A DNA stretch of 64,000 nucleotides from Bugula neritina (lineage: Eukaryota; Animalia; Bryozoa). Where the stretch lies: assembly GCA_964035545.1 (NCBI GenBank), contig OZ037766.1:30432773-30496772 (forward strand), in the 5' to 3' direction. A program made the translations under genes and the position numbers. Below, one piece after another: positions 40,201 to 58,132 of this stretch. How positions within the stretch are numbered: position 1 is the stretch's first letter; the number at the start of each line of letters is the position of its first letter. The notes beneath the pieces are model-generated. The model was not told the DNA's origin and searched no databases. It saw nothing but the letters and a program-made list of their open reading frames with translations.

Positions 40201-40783
40201 CCTCTCTTTGAAAAGTGGTACCCTGTAGTAAGCACTCCACCATCTGCAGGCTACAAAACAACTGGCTATAATATAACTATTATATACTTTTTTGGGTCAG
40301 TTTCAATAAAATATAAAGCCAAGATGATAGGATATCTGTGTTTTCTTATTATAGCAACTTTTAAATATAGACTAAATAATATTTTGTGAGATTTTCTTTG
40401 TTAATTCAAATAAAGTATTTTCTAAAGCTCTGTAACTTTTTTCATTAATGAAATTAGTTTTCAGTCTGTGATGAAATATAGTAATATAATAATTACTGTG
40501 ACGTCATGTAATTTATTCACTTTTCTATGCTTATAATATAATGCTGTACCTGATAATTATTTCGACCTCCGTCATAATTTGGAATTGAAAGATCTTGCAA
40601 AGCTTCCACTTTGTTTTTCAAAGTATTCTGATCCTTTTTCAAATGAATTACTTCCGAGAGAAGAACCACACAACAGATGAGAGTTGTAAGCTGTGCCAAT
40701 ATGGAGAGAGCATGAAAGCACCTTGCATGGGCTGTCATGGTCAGCTCTGACGGATAAGGCATGTTGTGTGAGATTTTTGACAT
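34247..40783 (-). CDS. Type II membrane protein: signal-anchor, coiled-coil stalk, two CUB domains, C-terminal short-chain-collagen-C4-like cysteine-rich domain (~572 aa)
   Basis: In-phase exons 40550-40783, 40202-40250, 39250-39473, 38856-39006, 37488-37756, 36945-37095, 36568-36615, 36108-36176, 34869-35110, 34247-34528. CUB motifs: CGG/CGA, SPNHPSQYPSNSRCEW, CSYD, YCG, FKSD..V...GF. C-terminal motifs: TYIHWGKPSC..YTGYIAG, CSLC, W.LAYNGYLM, ICMD, IRCAVC. Confidence 0.8.
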
Positions 40784-42887
40784 CGTTTAGAATTCTGCCA
40801 CATGTGTATTCCACTGTAACAATGATGTAAGAACAGCTTAATTGTCGACTGTCAGTGTTAACACTCCTGTAACTTGTTTGCACATGTCACATTTCTTCAA
40901 CTGTCACCTGCTACTCGAGTAGATTATATTTATTCAACTACAACTTTACCTGTAGCTTAGCTGCATCTGTCACATTTGATAAGTTACATCATAGTTAGTA
41001 ATAACTCTGACATTGAATCAGTTACATTGCAGTCACTGATGACACCTGTCACACTCTTTCAATTACATTACAGTGATGACACCTGTCACATTTGACATGT
41101 TACATTATAGATAGTGGTGGCACCTGTCACATGAGCACTTTACTAAAGAATTACCAGTTGCTCAAACAATTAAATACCTTAATTATCACTATACTATTTT
41201 TAATATAATATTATGTAGCTATATAATATTTTAGATGTGATAATATAACCAGTTTATAAGTACATACGAACGATACCTACCTACTCACACTTCTCCTTGC
41301 TTGTGATGCTATTTCTCCATACAACCTGACCTGTAGCTAACTATTTTATCAGACTGGCTTGTTTGGGAGGATACATTGCCAACCATACTGCTATTTAACT
41401 TCAGCTTTATTGAGGAAGTCAAATATTATTCTAGAGGTTGATGAGATGTATAAATAGTGCCTGAACTTGCTTGGCGTAATGGGCTTTAATAAGATGTAAA
41501 CTATTACTTAGCTTGGGTGTCTAGAGTTTAGCTTAGCAGTGATGTTAGGAGTCAGCCTGCCCTACCCTACCTAAAGGAATATTTGTTTATTCTGCAACTA
41601 TTGCTCTGATAACAAATCTACAGCTTTATAACACCTACCTCTGATAAGTTGCATTTTTAAAGTAATTGATTATAAATAAACATTTTAGTTTACTGATCGT
41701 ATAATTCAAATCTGCCCAACAAATTTGATATTATAGAAATGAAATTTCAAAATGAAATAATGAAACAATTTTGGTGCTTGTTTAAATTTACATGTGCAAC
41801 TTTTTATATTTATAGGAAAGCTTCAACTAAATTAATTTCTTAAATTGAAAGCTTATAAATGCCCTATGCTGAGGATGGAATTCATGACTTTAGACCTAAT
41901 ACTGAAGTGCTAAAATGCTTCATGTGCAGAATATTTAAATTTATTTGATGCTGAAAGATTATTTTTATAAGTTTATTTTTAAAATAAATAATTGTGAATA
42001 ATATTATATTGAAATAAAGGCTCATACTTCAATACTTTTTTATCAAATTAGCTGTCTTTCTATAATCATCTGTAATTTATAACCTCTGATCTACAAATAT
42101 CTGCTGCGTTAAGTGTTGGGTCATAGTTTTTTTATACTTAAAACACATGAGCCTGTTACATATCTTATTTTATATCTCATTATATTACACTCATTATCTT
42201 ATAATAAAAGTTTTAATATCACAATATATTTACTTTAATATGAAACCACATAACGCAAAATATATTATAATTTATATTATAACACAGTGTACTACTAGAA
42301 TTCTATATACTGTATTAAAATGTATGTATAATATAATATGTAAAAGCAAGTTTAATGTGCTTTATCAGTGATTCGTAGAAACGCATTCTCTTTTTAATTT
42401 AGCGACAAACTAAGATGTTGGTATATATTATATACCCTTTATTGGTCATTGTACGATGAAATCAAACAATTATGCTAACATATTACTGATACAATAATTG
42501 TATAAAATACATTAAAATTAATATTGTTGTAAATCAATATGTTCTATAAAATGTTATTATGCAAAGCTGAATCAGGAAGTGCCTTATTAAATGTTTTGTG
42601 AGGATAGAAATTCAAGGAATGTTAAATAACATAACATCTACATAACATAATAAAATTCCAACTTATATATTGGTGATAAAACTACCCTAAATATAAAATG
42701 TAGTTTCAGATAATAAACCATGAACACTTCATTTCTCTACCCTCACATTAATAATACTGTGCCTGTTATCTAACTAAACACTGGATGTATGTAGCACCAT
42801 AACAGTTTCTATTGTGATTAGACGTATCTATCAACAGCTGACCAAATAGCCTCAGCACCAAGTATAGCCTTATTTACTCACTTACTA

Positions 42888-45216
42888 ATGTCTAACAGTA
42901 GCTCAAGGTCAGGGTCGTCTGAATTCAATGATGGCCATCAGTTTTCATCCTTTGCCGTAAGTAAGTTGAACTACACAGTAACATGTGTGTCATCAGTTTT
43001 AGATATATAACTTCAGGCTTGTAGTTGTACTGAAACATATGAGTTGCGTTTTTATTTTTGTCTAATAGGATTTAGATAATATAGTAACTATCTATCCGAT
43101 AAAACATTCTGTATTTTGTTTTAGTAACTAATTTTACTGCATCTTTAATGTAACTCACCCCGAGTAAAACATGTTAAGCCAGCCAATAAAATTTCACCAT
43201 TGCTCCCCTCCACTAAATAGTGTTTTTGTAATGTTTTGTAGAGAATATGTCAAAAAATTCACTAGCGAAAGTTGTGTAGCCAAATACCGTGTAACACCTG
43301 TATTTTGAATATGCAGTTATATACTTTCATAACTAATCACTAATATTAGGTATTGTGATAAGATAAACTTGACCTCTATAATATATGTTTACAGAGGAGC
43401 ACCACATCTTTCCTCAACTCTATTATAGCCCGATATGACGATATAGGCTCAGAAAATGTGGATGTTGAACAAGACGGCCCGGTATTAGCATTCGCCCTGA
43501 GAGTGGTACAAGCTATAATGCCTATCAGTAACTTTGGGCAAATGCTGTTTGGAGGAGCTGGTGGTTGGTGAGAAACATATTTGTAGTTGTAACCTAATGT
43601 TATCGGAAAGACAATGTCTTTACAAATTTTAAAAGGAGGCAACTCCATAATTTCATTGTCTAATCTTTCAGATAAAACCTATTGTTAGCTGTAATATAGC
43701 ATCAATATAACTATATAATATCACTATATTATATTTATATATTATATATTATGTATTACTGTATAAGGTTGCAGTTAAAAACTTTAGATATACCACATAA
43801 CTATGCATGTAAATATATAGTTATACTATAATAATTATTATAGTATTGTTAATTGAAAAATTCAATACATTACATAATTGAAAAACTCTTGCATTTAAAA
43901 GAAGCTAAAGTGCATAAAAACAGAGCTTCTATGCAAAATGTATATAACATGTATGCATGGTCATTAACTCTAGTGCAAATATCAAAGACATATTAAACAT
44001 ATACATTATATCAAAGAATATTATGTACAATTTGTGTTTAGGCTAACAGGACTGATTTTAATGAAGCTAGGAAAGGTGGTGGCTTTATTACTAGGAGCTG
44101 GACTCTTGTCTTTACAAGTGAGTTGTTGAGTTGTCTCACTAATTTACCTGGAGCGGGAGGGTAACTCTTCAACAGGCTATGATTATTGTGGTTAGAAAGG
44201 TGTCAGAATAGTCGATTGTATAATAGGCTATTACATCATGCATGTTTAATTTATTACTACCTGGTTGGTGCTTAACTTAGAGGAAAGAAAGTTTTTTCAC
44301 TGGTTCTTAATTGAATGCTTTGTGGGCCAGACTAAAATATCAATGTGTAGAATATAACATTTGAAATATAAATAAAACACAACTATATTTTAACTTGCAA
44401 CCAATCATAGCTGCAGTATTTTCAAATATATATATATAATTATTTTGACACCATGAATGTTGGATGCAGAATGAAAGAATTAAAACTACAGAATAAGAAA
44501 TTGGAAAAGCCACTTTCTAGCTTTCAACTTTTAGCTAAGCCTATAAATTTATTTACTTTCTAAGAAAATGTTCACTTATAACAGATGCTGCCTATGCTAA
44601 ATTTTGGAATAGCAAAAGGTTAATGGTTACATCATACTATATCTAGTTCTTTCACTACTGCGAGTATGTACAAGTTGACTGGGAGAGAGTGCACAGAGAT
44701 TTGTCAGGTAGGGGAAGACAATTCATAAGAAGATCTAAAGTACCATCTGAAGCAGAGGAAGTTTTTGAAGTGAGTGCATTATATATCAGCGGATTGATTA
44801 TTATTATATAGCTGAAGTGACATATGCGCTTGCCTTCTTCTATTTATATATATAGCCTTATTTGTTGTCTTTTCTTGTTTTTACATCATTTTTCAAATGC
44901 ATAGTGGGTATAGGTCATTCCTATCATTATTTAGAATTAACTGACCTAATTTACATCTGGTGTAAATATACTAAAAGCATGCATGAACAAGTAGACCGAT
45001 ATGCATTTAACAGCTTATACATTATATACTTTTGCTATACAAAGTATGTATAAATTATGTTTCTATGTGGTGACAATACCATATTACATTGTATACTATC
45101 CTACAAACCATGCTACTAATAATTCTATTTTGCAGTTCCCCAGCTTTGTGGATCGGACTAAGCATGTTAGCATAGGCTTCATAAGTGGATTCTTTTTGGG
45201 CGTAGCTTTGGCTTGA
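42888..45216 (+). CDS. FUNDC1: FUN14 domain-containing mitochondrial outer membrane protein (FUNDC1/2-like), ~173 aa
   Basis: Exons 42888-42956 (start exon less certain), 43395-43567, 44042-44117, 44647-44769, 45136-45216. The translation QMLFGGAGGWLTGLILMKLGKVVALLLGAGLLSLQFFHYCEYVQVDWERVHRD...SIGFISGFFLGVALA* matches the FUN14 pattern (GG.tGW..G.l..K.GK.aA..vG.G.l.LQ.....GYv.idW.rv.kD; GF..GFllG). Only the last exon appears in the ORF track. Confidence 0.88.
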
Positions 45217-46980
45217 CATCACCAGCTGATTGGCTGATCTCATATTTCGTTATGATGACTCATACAGCATTTGGAAACTCTACTTGGCAAGAATCACAGA
45301 TGCACATCATTGCATGCATTAAAGCAACAACATTATGTTATCAATTTACTTTCATGTTACATCATGCCTTTTCTCCTTTCTTTACACAACCCACATGTTT
45401 CATTAGCATTGAGTAATACTGAAGAACATTCTAGACTAACCTAACCTGTGTGTTGTAGTGAATTGATAATAATAATAAAGTAATGCTTTAGCATTGGACA
45501 TATTGTAGTTGCAGAAGTATTTGGTGGCTTAATATTAATTGTATTAAATAATATTATTATGCTGTCCTATGCTTTTATTTTAAGGCTTTTGAATAAATTT
45601 TCTATGTTTTGAAATTTATCAAATATAATATTCTGATAGTCAAAAGGAAGAGACTAACTTGTTACTCCTTACAATATTCTAATTCACACTTGCATATAAT
45701 TACTGGACTTTTTACCTTCACAAGAAGCAATATTGCATAGTCACATCATGTATACTTATAGGTAACATCTTTAGACGATTACACTATCGCAAAAGTAGAT
45801 ATTATAATTATTCTTACACTAATAATATATCATTCTTAGAATGAGATCTGTATGTTTAATAAGCCAGGTTTGCATACAATATTATATATGTGCAACTAAT
45901 GCATACTTATCCCAATATCAATGAGGGTTTAATAAATGACACAGCATGTTTGAAGTTGTGATAAGAGTTGATCACATATGAAATATTCATTGCACAATAC
46001 ACTGGAAATTCCATTCAACTACTACTTTCTAGAATCTAGTGTAAGTTTGTGGAGAAATTGAGATAGCCAAGTCCTTTATTGTTCTTAATAAATGTATTTT
46101 TGGTAATATGCTATTTGAAATACTCACGAGAACATAGCTTTTTTTGCTACATTTCTAATCTAGAACACACGATTTTCTCCATTTCTCCATTGCTGCACCT
46201 ACCTCAGTTTTGTTACGTAGCTCAAAAATTCCAATAGATAAGTCACAAGAAATATTACTGATCCATGACTCCCACCCTAGCACAGTTATACCTAGTAATG
46301 GTAGTTAATACTAATAAGCAAAATTACTGAAGTTTATTCAGAAACTTAAAAAGTGATCAAAATCTGGCTTACATTTGTGTATGAAGTACTTTACTAAGAA
46401 ATAAATAAAAATAGATATGCCTATTGGGCTAACTTGATCGAACTGTTGATGACTAGAAAACATATCGGATTGATGAAATTTATAATGTCTTTATGTTAAT
46501 ATGACCACCTTTCTACGATCCTCACATGAATGCTAATATTAGCATTGTGTTATTCTGGTAACCACTACAAGTTTACCACTGGTCTATCAGTTTTAGTAAC
46601 AATTGCCAAGAGAGTACAGGAACGAGTAAACTAGAGTGAGACTAATAGTGACAATGAGTTAACTAATAGTGCCATCTAGGGATGACTCTTACAGAATTCC
46701 TACTGTATTTTACCATCTGACTTAGCATTGCCTCAAGGCACTTATACAATATACTGTGTAATAGTTATATATAGCAAGTATATATTTACATTGACTAGAA
46801 GCGTAAAGGTCAATGCTATACACTACATTACTAGGACTAGTGGTTTAGATTCATTTCATCAGCTTTATGCAGGTGACAAGGCAAATTAGAGCTACAGCAG
46901 GGACATTGCCCGCGTCCATAATAATATATTATTGTTATTGTATTATGGTTGCTGTTTGATTACAAGTATAAGGATAACTG

Positions 46981-47128
46981 CACGTGACCATGATAGTTCG
47001 TTTTTGAACACGTGACATATTGATTACTCAGCAAAATAGGTGGAGTGTGAATCATGATTATCCAATCACCTCACGAGTTACGGAATATTCTAGAAAATTC
47101 CAGGCTAATAATAAGTTTAGTATATAAA
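46981..47128 (+). promoter_or_regulatory. SQSTM1/p62 proximal promoter with clustered stress/autophagy elements and TATA box
   Basis: CACGTGAC at 46981-46988 and 47009-47016 (CLEAR/E-box); TTACTCAGCA at 47024-47033 (ARE/MARE-like); TGAATCA at 47048-47054 (AP-1-like); CCAAT at 47062-47066; ATCACCTCAC at 47065-47074 (SRE-like); gGAAtaTTCtaGAAaaTTCc at 47082-47101 (perfect 4-pentamer HSE); TATATAAA at 47121-47128. Confidence 0.75.
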
Positions 47129-47231
47129 CAGCTGCGTTAGTTGCTAGTGGCATACACCTGCTCTAAATCTAATACGAAAACAACAACATAACGCAGTCTA
47201 CACATTGCACATTACACTTCATCAATTCAAA

Positions 47232-50206
47232 ATGTCAGTTAGTTCTAACGTGAGCGTCAAAGCCTATCTGGACAAGAAAGGCTTGACCAATGGAGAAGTT
47301 CAAATAAGAAGATTCGACTTGGACCAGGAAGTTTCCTCGAGTTACGAATATCTGAGAAGTAAACTGGCTGCAATCTTTCCTGATTTGGTGGAGCACGGCT
47401 TCAGAGTTTATTGGAAAGGTAAGGACGTTTAAATAACTTGACTAAATCACCAGTCATATTCACTTTGAGATATGTAGTTTGTGAAACTAAAATGTTACTC
47501 TTGCCTATTATAATAGTTTGTATCATTAAGTTTATTGATTTTATATCTCTTTCTTGTGTATAATATTATTATCATCTATTTGATTGTTGGCTTAATCTTA
47601 TATTATACTGTTTTTGTTCTCCAACAGATGAGGAGAACGACATGATAGCTGTTAGTTCAGATGAGGAACTCACTCAAGCCCTACTCTACGGCAGACCAAC
47701 TGGCCTTCTCAAGCTTTTCATTCGTGTTGAAAACTCTGGACAGAATACATTTACTGGACCAACTGGTATGCTATAAATATGAATTTAGTCTGATTTTACT
47801 ACAATGAATGATATAAGCAGAGTTGCCCACTGTGGCACAGTTGCTTTGAGTGATTACTAGACGATTGCTGCTATAAGTTCAAATGAAGTATAAAAACAGC
47901 TTTTCACCTCACTAATATTACAATTTCGCTTCTTTTCAGTCTATGACTTTATTTTGTTTCTTGAATTTCTTTTTCAAAATTAACAAAGCAACATTAACAT
48001 CAACATTAACAAAGCAAATCATTTTGTTTGACTATAAGCAAATTATTCTGTATATAAGATCTGATAAAGTGGTTAATTCAGAAACTTTATTATAAAACAT
48101 GCAGCACATTAGTATAAGACTCCTGTATATGCTATAAATAGATTTTGTAATGCGTATGCAGGTCATGAAACTGAACATCCAGGTGTTCTATGTGATGGAT
48201 GTGATCAAGGTGTGAGAGGACTTAGATTCAAGTGTTTAGTCTGCCCTGACTATGATCTTTGCTCTACATGCTGTGATAAAGGTGTGTATTGTTGGACCAC
48301 AGTCTATTAAGCAGTCTATGGAGTACTCCTTGATATAAATTCTAGTTATTTGCTAGCTGTCATGATTGCATAATATGGAAGAAGTTCAATAATGGCTGGA
48401 AAATCCATGCTGAGTATTATTTTCATCAATTTTGCCAGCTCATTTTTTTCCATGTATTGAAAACCTTTGAAGCATAATATTTGTTTAGCCATTATAATAA
48501 TATTGATTTTAGATAAGGTAATCAGGTGCAATGCATTGTGGGATTACATTATTGAAATGTTATTGAATAATCTGACATGGCAGCCATTATGATAGCAAGT
48601 TAGTAGGCTGTAGTCTCTGTAATATGTATATATTTTGTTTCTAGGCATTCACAATCACCACTACATGCTGAGACTGGCCACACCAGCTTCTGATTGGACA
48701 AGTTGTGGCAGACGACAAGGTAGAAATGCCTGGGGGTGGCCAGGATTTGGTGCTCCGCAATTCGGAGGAGCTGGATTTCCAGGTAACATGAGAAAGTTCT
48801 GGAAACAGATGATGAGAGGTCAAAGGGAAGACAACTGCGCTACTGGTACAGGCCAAGGTCAGTTGGAGGTCAACTACTGTTGGAGCTTTGTGTCATAGTT
48901 TAATACTAATAAAAAAATATATATATTGAAATTGAAAAAACTAATAACACTCAACATTTAGCTACTGCTTAATGCAAAAATCTGTATTTTAGATGAGAGT
49001 GCTAGATGCTCCAGGTCTGCCGGAGAAACCCCTGCCAGTGAAGCACCAGGTGCTCCTTCTGCTAACAAGGAAAAGGAAGAAGAGAGAGATTATCTGCAGC
49101 ATGTTGGTGAACAAGTTTCTGCTCTGTTGGAGCCTCTTGGCGTGTCCGTAGATGTAGACGTGGAGGAACGAGGTCCTGACGGCGTGAGAATTGAAAGAAG
49201 AGGTCATGGCAAGTGTAGAGGTCAAGGCAGACGGCAAGGGGGCAAAGATCGTCAGTGCGCAAGGGGAGGCAAGTGTCGACCGGCTGCAGATTGCAAGAAA
49301 TCTCGAGCTTGTGGGGAGAGTGGTCCTTCTCGGTGCCAGTTTGGTGAGACTTCCGGAGAATCTGGCCAATCACAGGGCGGCGAAGCTGCCTCTGCTGAGA
49401 TGACAGGAAAGAGCGAACCAAAGAGCATGGTTGATGAGGATATTGATATGGAGAACGGTGAAGACGCAAGCTGGATCAAAATTGAAGAAAAGGTAAGATA
49501 AGTCAAATTATTTCAACTCTTACAAAACAACATTAATGCACGTCCTTAATATTTTATTAGCTTCTATCTTTGTTTCTAGTTTCATGCATTTCTTTGATGT
49601 TTTGTAGTTTTACTTCTGTGTTTTTTGTAGCCTGTGAGCATGGATGTGTTGTTTGACTCTTCCTCCAAGTTTCAAGGGGCGGGCTCTAGCAATGAGACTG
49701 AGCCCCAGCAAATTCCTGCAATAAAGCTCTACCCCAGTCTAACCAGATCTACTGAAAGCCCATCTGCCCCTCCTCTTCTTGACTCCACCCTTGAGGCTCC
49801 CCCCTCATCCGAACCCAAGACTGACCTTGATGTTAAGGTAGCTGAGGCTATCGAACAGATGAGAACTATGGGTTTCCATGATGATGGTAAGTAACATCAT
49901 CTCATTTGCGTTACTATAAAACTGCGATTTATTTGTTAATTATAATAATTGCATTTATATATTATGTGTTGGCAACTAACAATACTGTAATATACTGCCT
50001 CACATATTTCTAGTGTAGACACTTATATAATATAATAGCTGAGTTTGATTTGCTTTTAGTGTATATAGTGTTGAAGATAAATATAATGCATGTATTATTT
50101 TTTGTTAGGTGGTTGGATGACGGCCATGTTGTATGAGAATGGCGGAGATGTCCACAAAGTCATCGACAAGGTTCTTAGGACTGCCCAGAGTGTCAGAAGA
50201 GAATAA
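47232..50206 (+). CDS. SQSTM1: Sequestosome-1/p62 (PB1-ZZ-LIR-UBA), paralog 1, ~503 aa
   Basis: Exons 47232-47418, 47628-47765, 48162-48281, 48645-48857, 48993-49492, 49631-49886, 50109-50206. PB1: VKAYL..IRRF and OPCA WKDEENDMIAVSSDEEL. ZZ: [31 protein letters not shown]: EDASWIKI. UBA: EQMRTMGFHDDGGWM. Confidence 0.95.
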
Positions 50207-51341
50207 ACGGCTGGTTGAAAATTTATCTGAGACTTTCTGGTACACCAATAGTGCCACTATTTATACTTTAGATTTGATATGAATATTGCTTTATTATATT
50301 CTTTATATTGCTTTTAATGTGACAGAAAAAGAACCTAAAAAATAAAATTTATGTACATCTCTATTTTCTATTTTATAATATATAAAGGTGATTTTATATT
50401 ATGTAGTGCGCTAGATTTTCTTCTATTGATGTATGCATGTTTACATATTCATATTGACACGCAAATAAAGCACTAATGATAAATATGCATGTGCTTTATT
50501 TTATTGCTTAAAATGTTGTAATCTAATGCCATATTTGTAATAGGAACATAATATTATTGTACCAGCACAATACATTTTCCGCTCAATATATACTGCTTAT
50601 AGGCAATGTTCCCATAACAGCAACTCATCTCCTGGTACAAAGGAACAGTTTTGTAATTTGCTTCATCTGAAAGCAGTAAAAGCAAGTTTATGGAATGTAG
50701 AGTTGTCCTACCTATGTATGCAGACTTAGTGATGCAAAATTAATTAAATTCAACAGTTGTGTGATGTGTTCACAGTAGAGTTCGATAATGACATAATAAA
50801 ATACTTTTGCCATGCACCACATGAATTTGATAATTACATAAATATTGCTGATGAATATGTGTCATCACACACACATGCCTGCTACCTGCAACTGGCCTGA
50901 ATGTATTTTGATTCTACTGTTACCTTTTCACGTTACTTTTCATATTATTGAAAATTAGAAATTTATTCTACATCAAGACAAAGTAACACAAAATAAAGAA
51001 GCTTTATTATAAACATAAACTCAATAGTGTAAAACACATTAACACCACAATAAGTAATACCAACTTATTGATTTCCGGTGAAAAGTACACTGCACTTCAG
51101 CTGCAATATAAGCTACTATAAAACGCACCACCGATATGAAAATAAGCACAATATAAAACAAACCGCAGTAAACAGATACAAAATGAATTAACAACGCAAT
51201 AAAATGAAATATTTAAAATAAAGGCTATGATAAAACATGAACTACTATAAAAGAGTTTCAAACCAATAATAAGTCCTGTTAATTGTAGATATATGCAGAC
51301 CATATTATGTGAAATATATAGTTCAAAGGTCTTGAAGCTGT

Positions 51342-56241
<4,900 letters not shown>

Positions 56242-56835
56242 CTTTAATTAAGACAAAAAAAACCTGAAAATATTAATTGCAATGAATCTTTTGTTAGAGG
56301 AAACATAAACTATGAATTGGTTAACTATTTTAAATATTCATGAGACTGTATCAAGAAACTATTCAATTTGCAAAGCTTTTTTTACAATAAATGATGCGAC
56401 AAGGATCACTATTAGATTTAGTATACATACAAACATTTTTCTCAGTTTGCAATGCCTTTGCCCTGTTCAGTTAGTTGATTCTATCACTATTAATACAACT
56501 ACAGGAATTAGTATATCACTACAAGCATACATAACAGGTTTCATTATTCAAATAAATCTACTTAATTCATTAAACAGTTACCCATAGATTTAATAGTAGC
56601 CACAAGAGCTTAGGCTTTGGTGAGTCCAGTCACTATTTAGTCAAATTCAACTTAACTCTAATAACTTTTAGTTTTAGTCTTTAGCAGCAACCTTTAATTT
56701 CTTTGCAGTTGTTAGGGTTTTCATTATTTGAATTACTATGTTCCTCTTTTAATTAAACTTACGATTGTCATAACTCTTAGTACTAAGCACCCATCATTAT
56801 GATTATGACGCAATAATCAGTAATGACTAACACTA

Positions 56836-56960
56836 ACAGTCATAGTGCCAATGGTAACCATAATCATAACATTAATAGTATTAGTATTAGTATTGAGTTA
56901 TACTTACAGTTAAGTAACCGTTAATGTTATGATTATGGTTACCATTGGCACTATGACTGT
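56836..56960. repeat. Perfect 40-bp inverted repeat with 45-nt spacer upstream of p62 paralog 2
   Basis: ACAGTCATAGTGCCAATGGTAACCATAATCATAACATTAA (56836-56875) and its reverse complement (56921-56960). Confidence 0.85.
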
Positions 56961-57339
56961 AATAGTAATAGTAATAGTAATAAATTTGAAAAAGTATACT
57001 CATACTGATAGTCATAGACTCATGGCATTTGCTGATTGGCAAATGCACTAATGACTAATAGTAATTTAAAAAGTAAAAGTAACGTTAGCTTAGTCATTGT
57101 CAATACTCAAATTCAAAGTGAAAGTGAGTCATAATCATAATGATAAAGTTTAACTGGTGATCACAAAGTTGGTATAGTTTTTCATCAATATCCACCAATA
57201 GTAGCTAAATTATATCATAACAGTTGTATAACTGTTATTATCTTAGCTCATAGTAATACACACAAATATAGGTTGTTTGAGGATAGTTCGTGCTGACACG
57301 TATTTTGTATAAAATCATTGCAAGGTGACAAGCACGGGA

Positions 57340-57950
57340 GTATTGGTAAACAAAGACACGTGACTTAAAGCATGAGACCAACCTTTAAAAGTCGGATACA
57401 TGAGAATACTCGCTGATAAGATAATCGCAGCGAAAATGCAAAAATATATTACTAGTAGTCTAGTACATAGTGAAATTTGTAGAGTTGTCCTCCTAATTAC
57501 TCTATAATGGTTCTAATGTTTCTCCAGAAAACCCACCACTGCAGCTTTTTCATATTGTATTTTTTATTCATTTAACTCATTTGACTAAAATTGTTTTCAA
57601 ATTACACATTTTCCAGTTCAATGCTAACCACACTCATGTCCATCATTACTGACTGATTTAGACTGTAGAGTTATCTCTCTTAAGCTTTACCCACTTAAGT
57701 GAAACATAAGGAATAGCCTGTGTTACAATAATGTTTATCAAAGAACACAAGTCAACAGATCATACCAACGGGCAAAATATCGTAAGCGGTTATTTCATTC
57801 GCATAGCCTTCACCGAATGGCACCACCTGCGATTCCACACGCTGATTGGCTAATAAAGTGTTGCCACTACTAATACATGAGTCACCAATTAATAGTAATA
57901 ATATACGGTAACGTGGATATACTAATTAGTATTACAATTAGTAAACAAAT
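57340..57950. promoter_or_regulatory. Putative divergent promoter region between p62 paralog 2 and SREBP
   Basis: Relatively CpG-containing segment with GTAAACAA (forkhead) at 57346 and 57941, CACGTGAC at 57357-57364, CTGATTGGCT (NF-Y) at 57842 and TGAGTCA (AP-1) at 57878. The TSS positions are not known. Confidence 0.5.
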
Positions 57951-58132
57951 AAATATACCTAAACTCTATAGCTACATTGATTTCGAGTGGTGTAGGAAAA
58001 TATTCAAAATTGAATAACTAAGGAATGACAAGAATCTACGTTCACTGTTCACATTGACATTGTGATTGTGATTGAGCTTGAATCATTATCATTGATCTGA
58101 TGAAATGATTGATAAAACTAAGTCAAAGTGAT

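Noticed and set aside
43376-43648. 90-aa minus-strand ORF, and the antisense ORFs over the p62 exons
   Set aside because: They are shadows of real exons on the opposite strand (FUNDC exon 2; p62 exons 4-6).
46003-46012. NF-kB-like TGGAAATTCC about 1.1 kb upstream of p62
   Set aside because: It is an isolated, imperfect match in AT-rich DNA and cannot be distinguished from chance.
49343-49366. GETSGES in p62 paralog 1 as a KEAP1-interacting region
   Set aside because: It does not match DPSTGE/ETGE, lies N-terminal to the LIR, and is absent from paralog 2.
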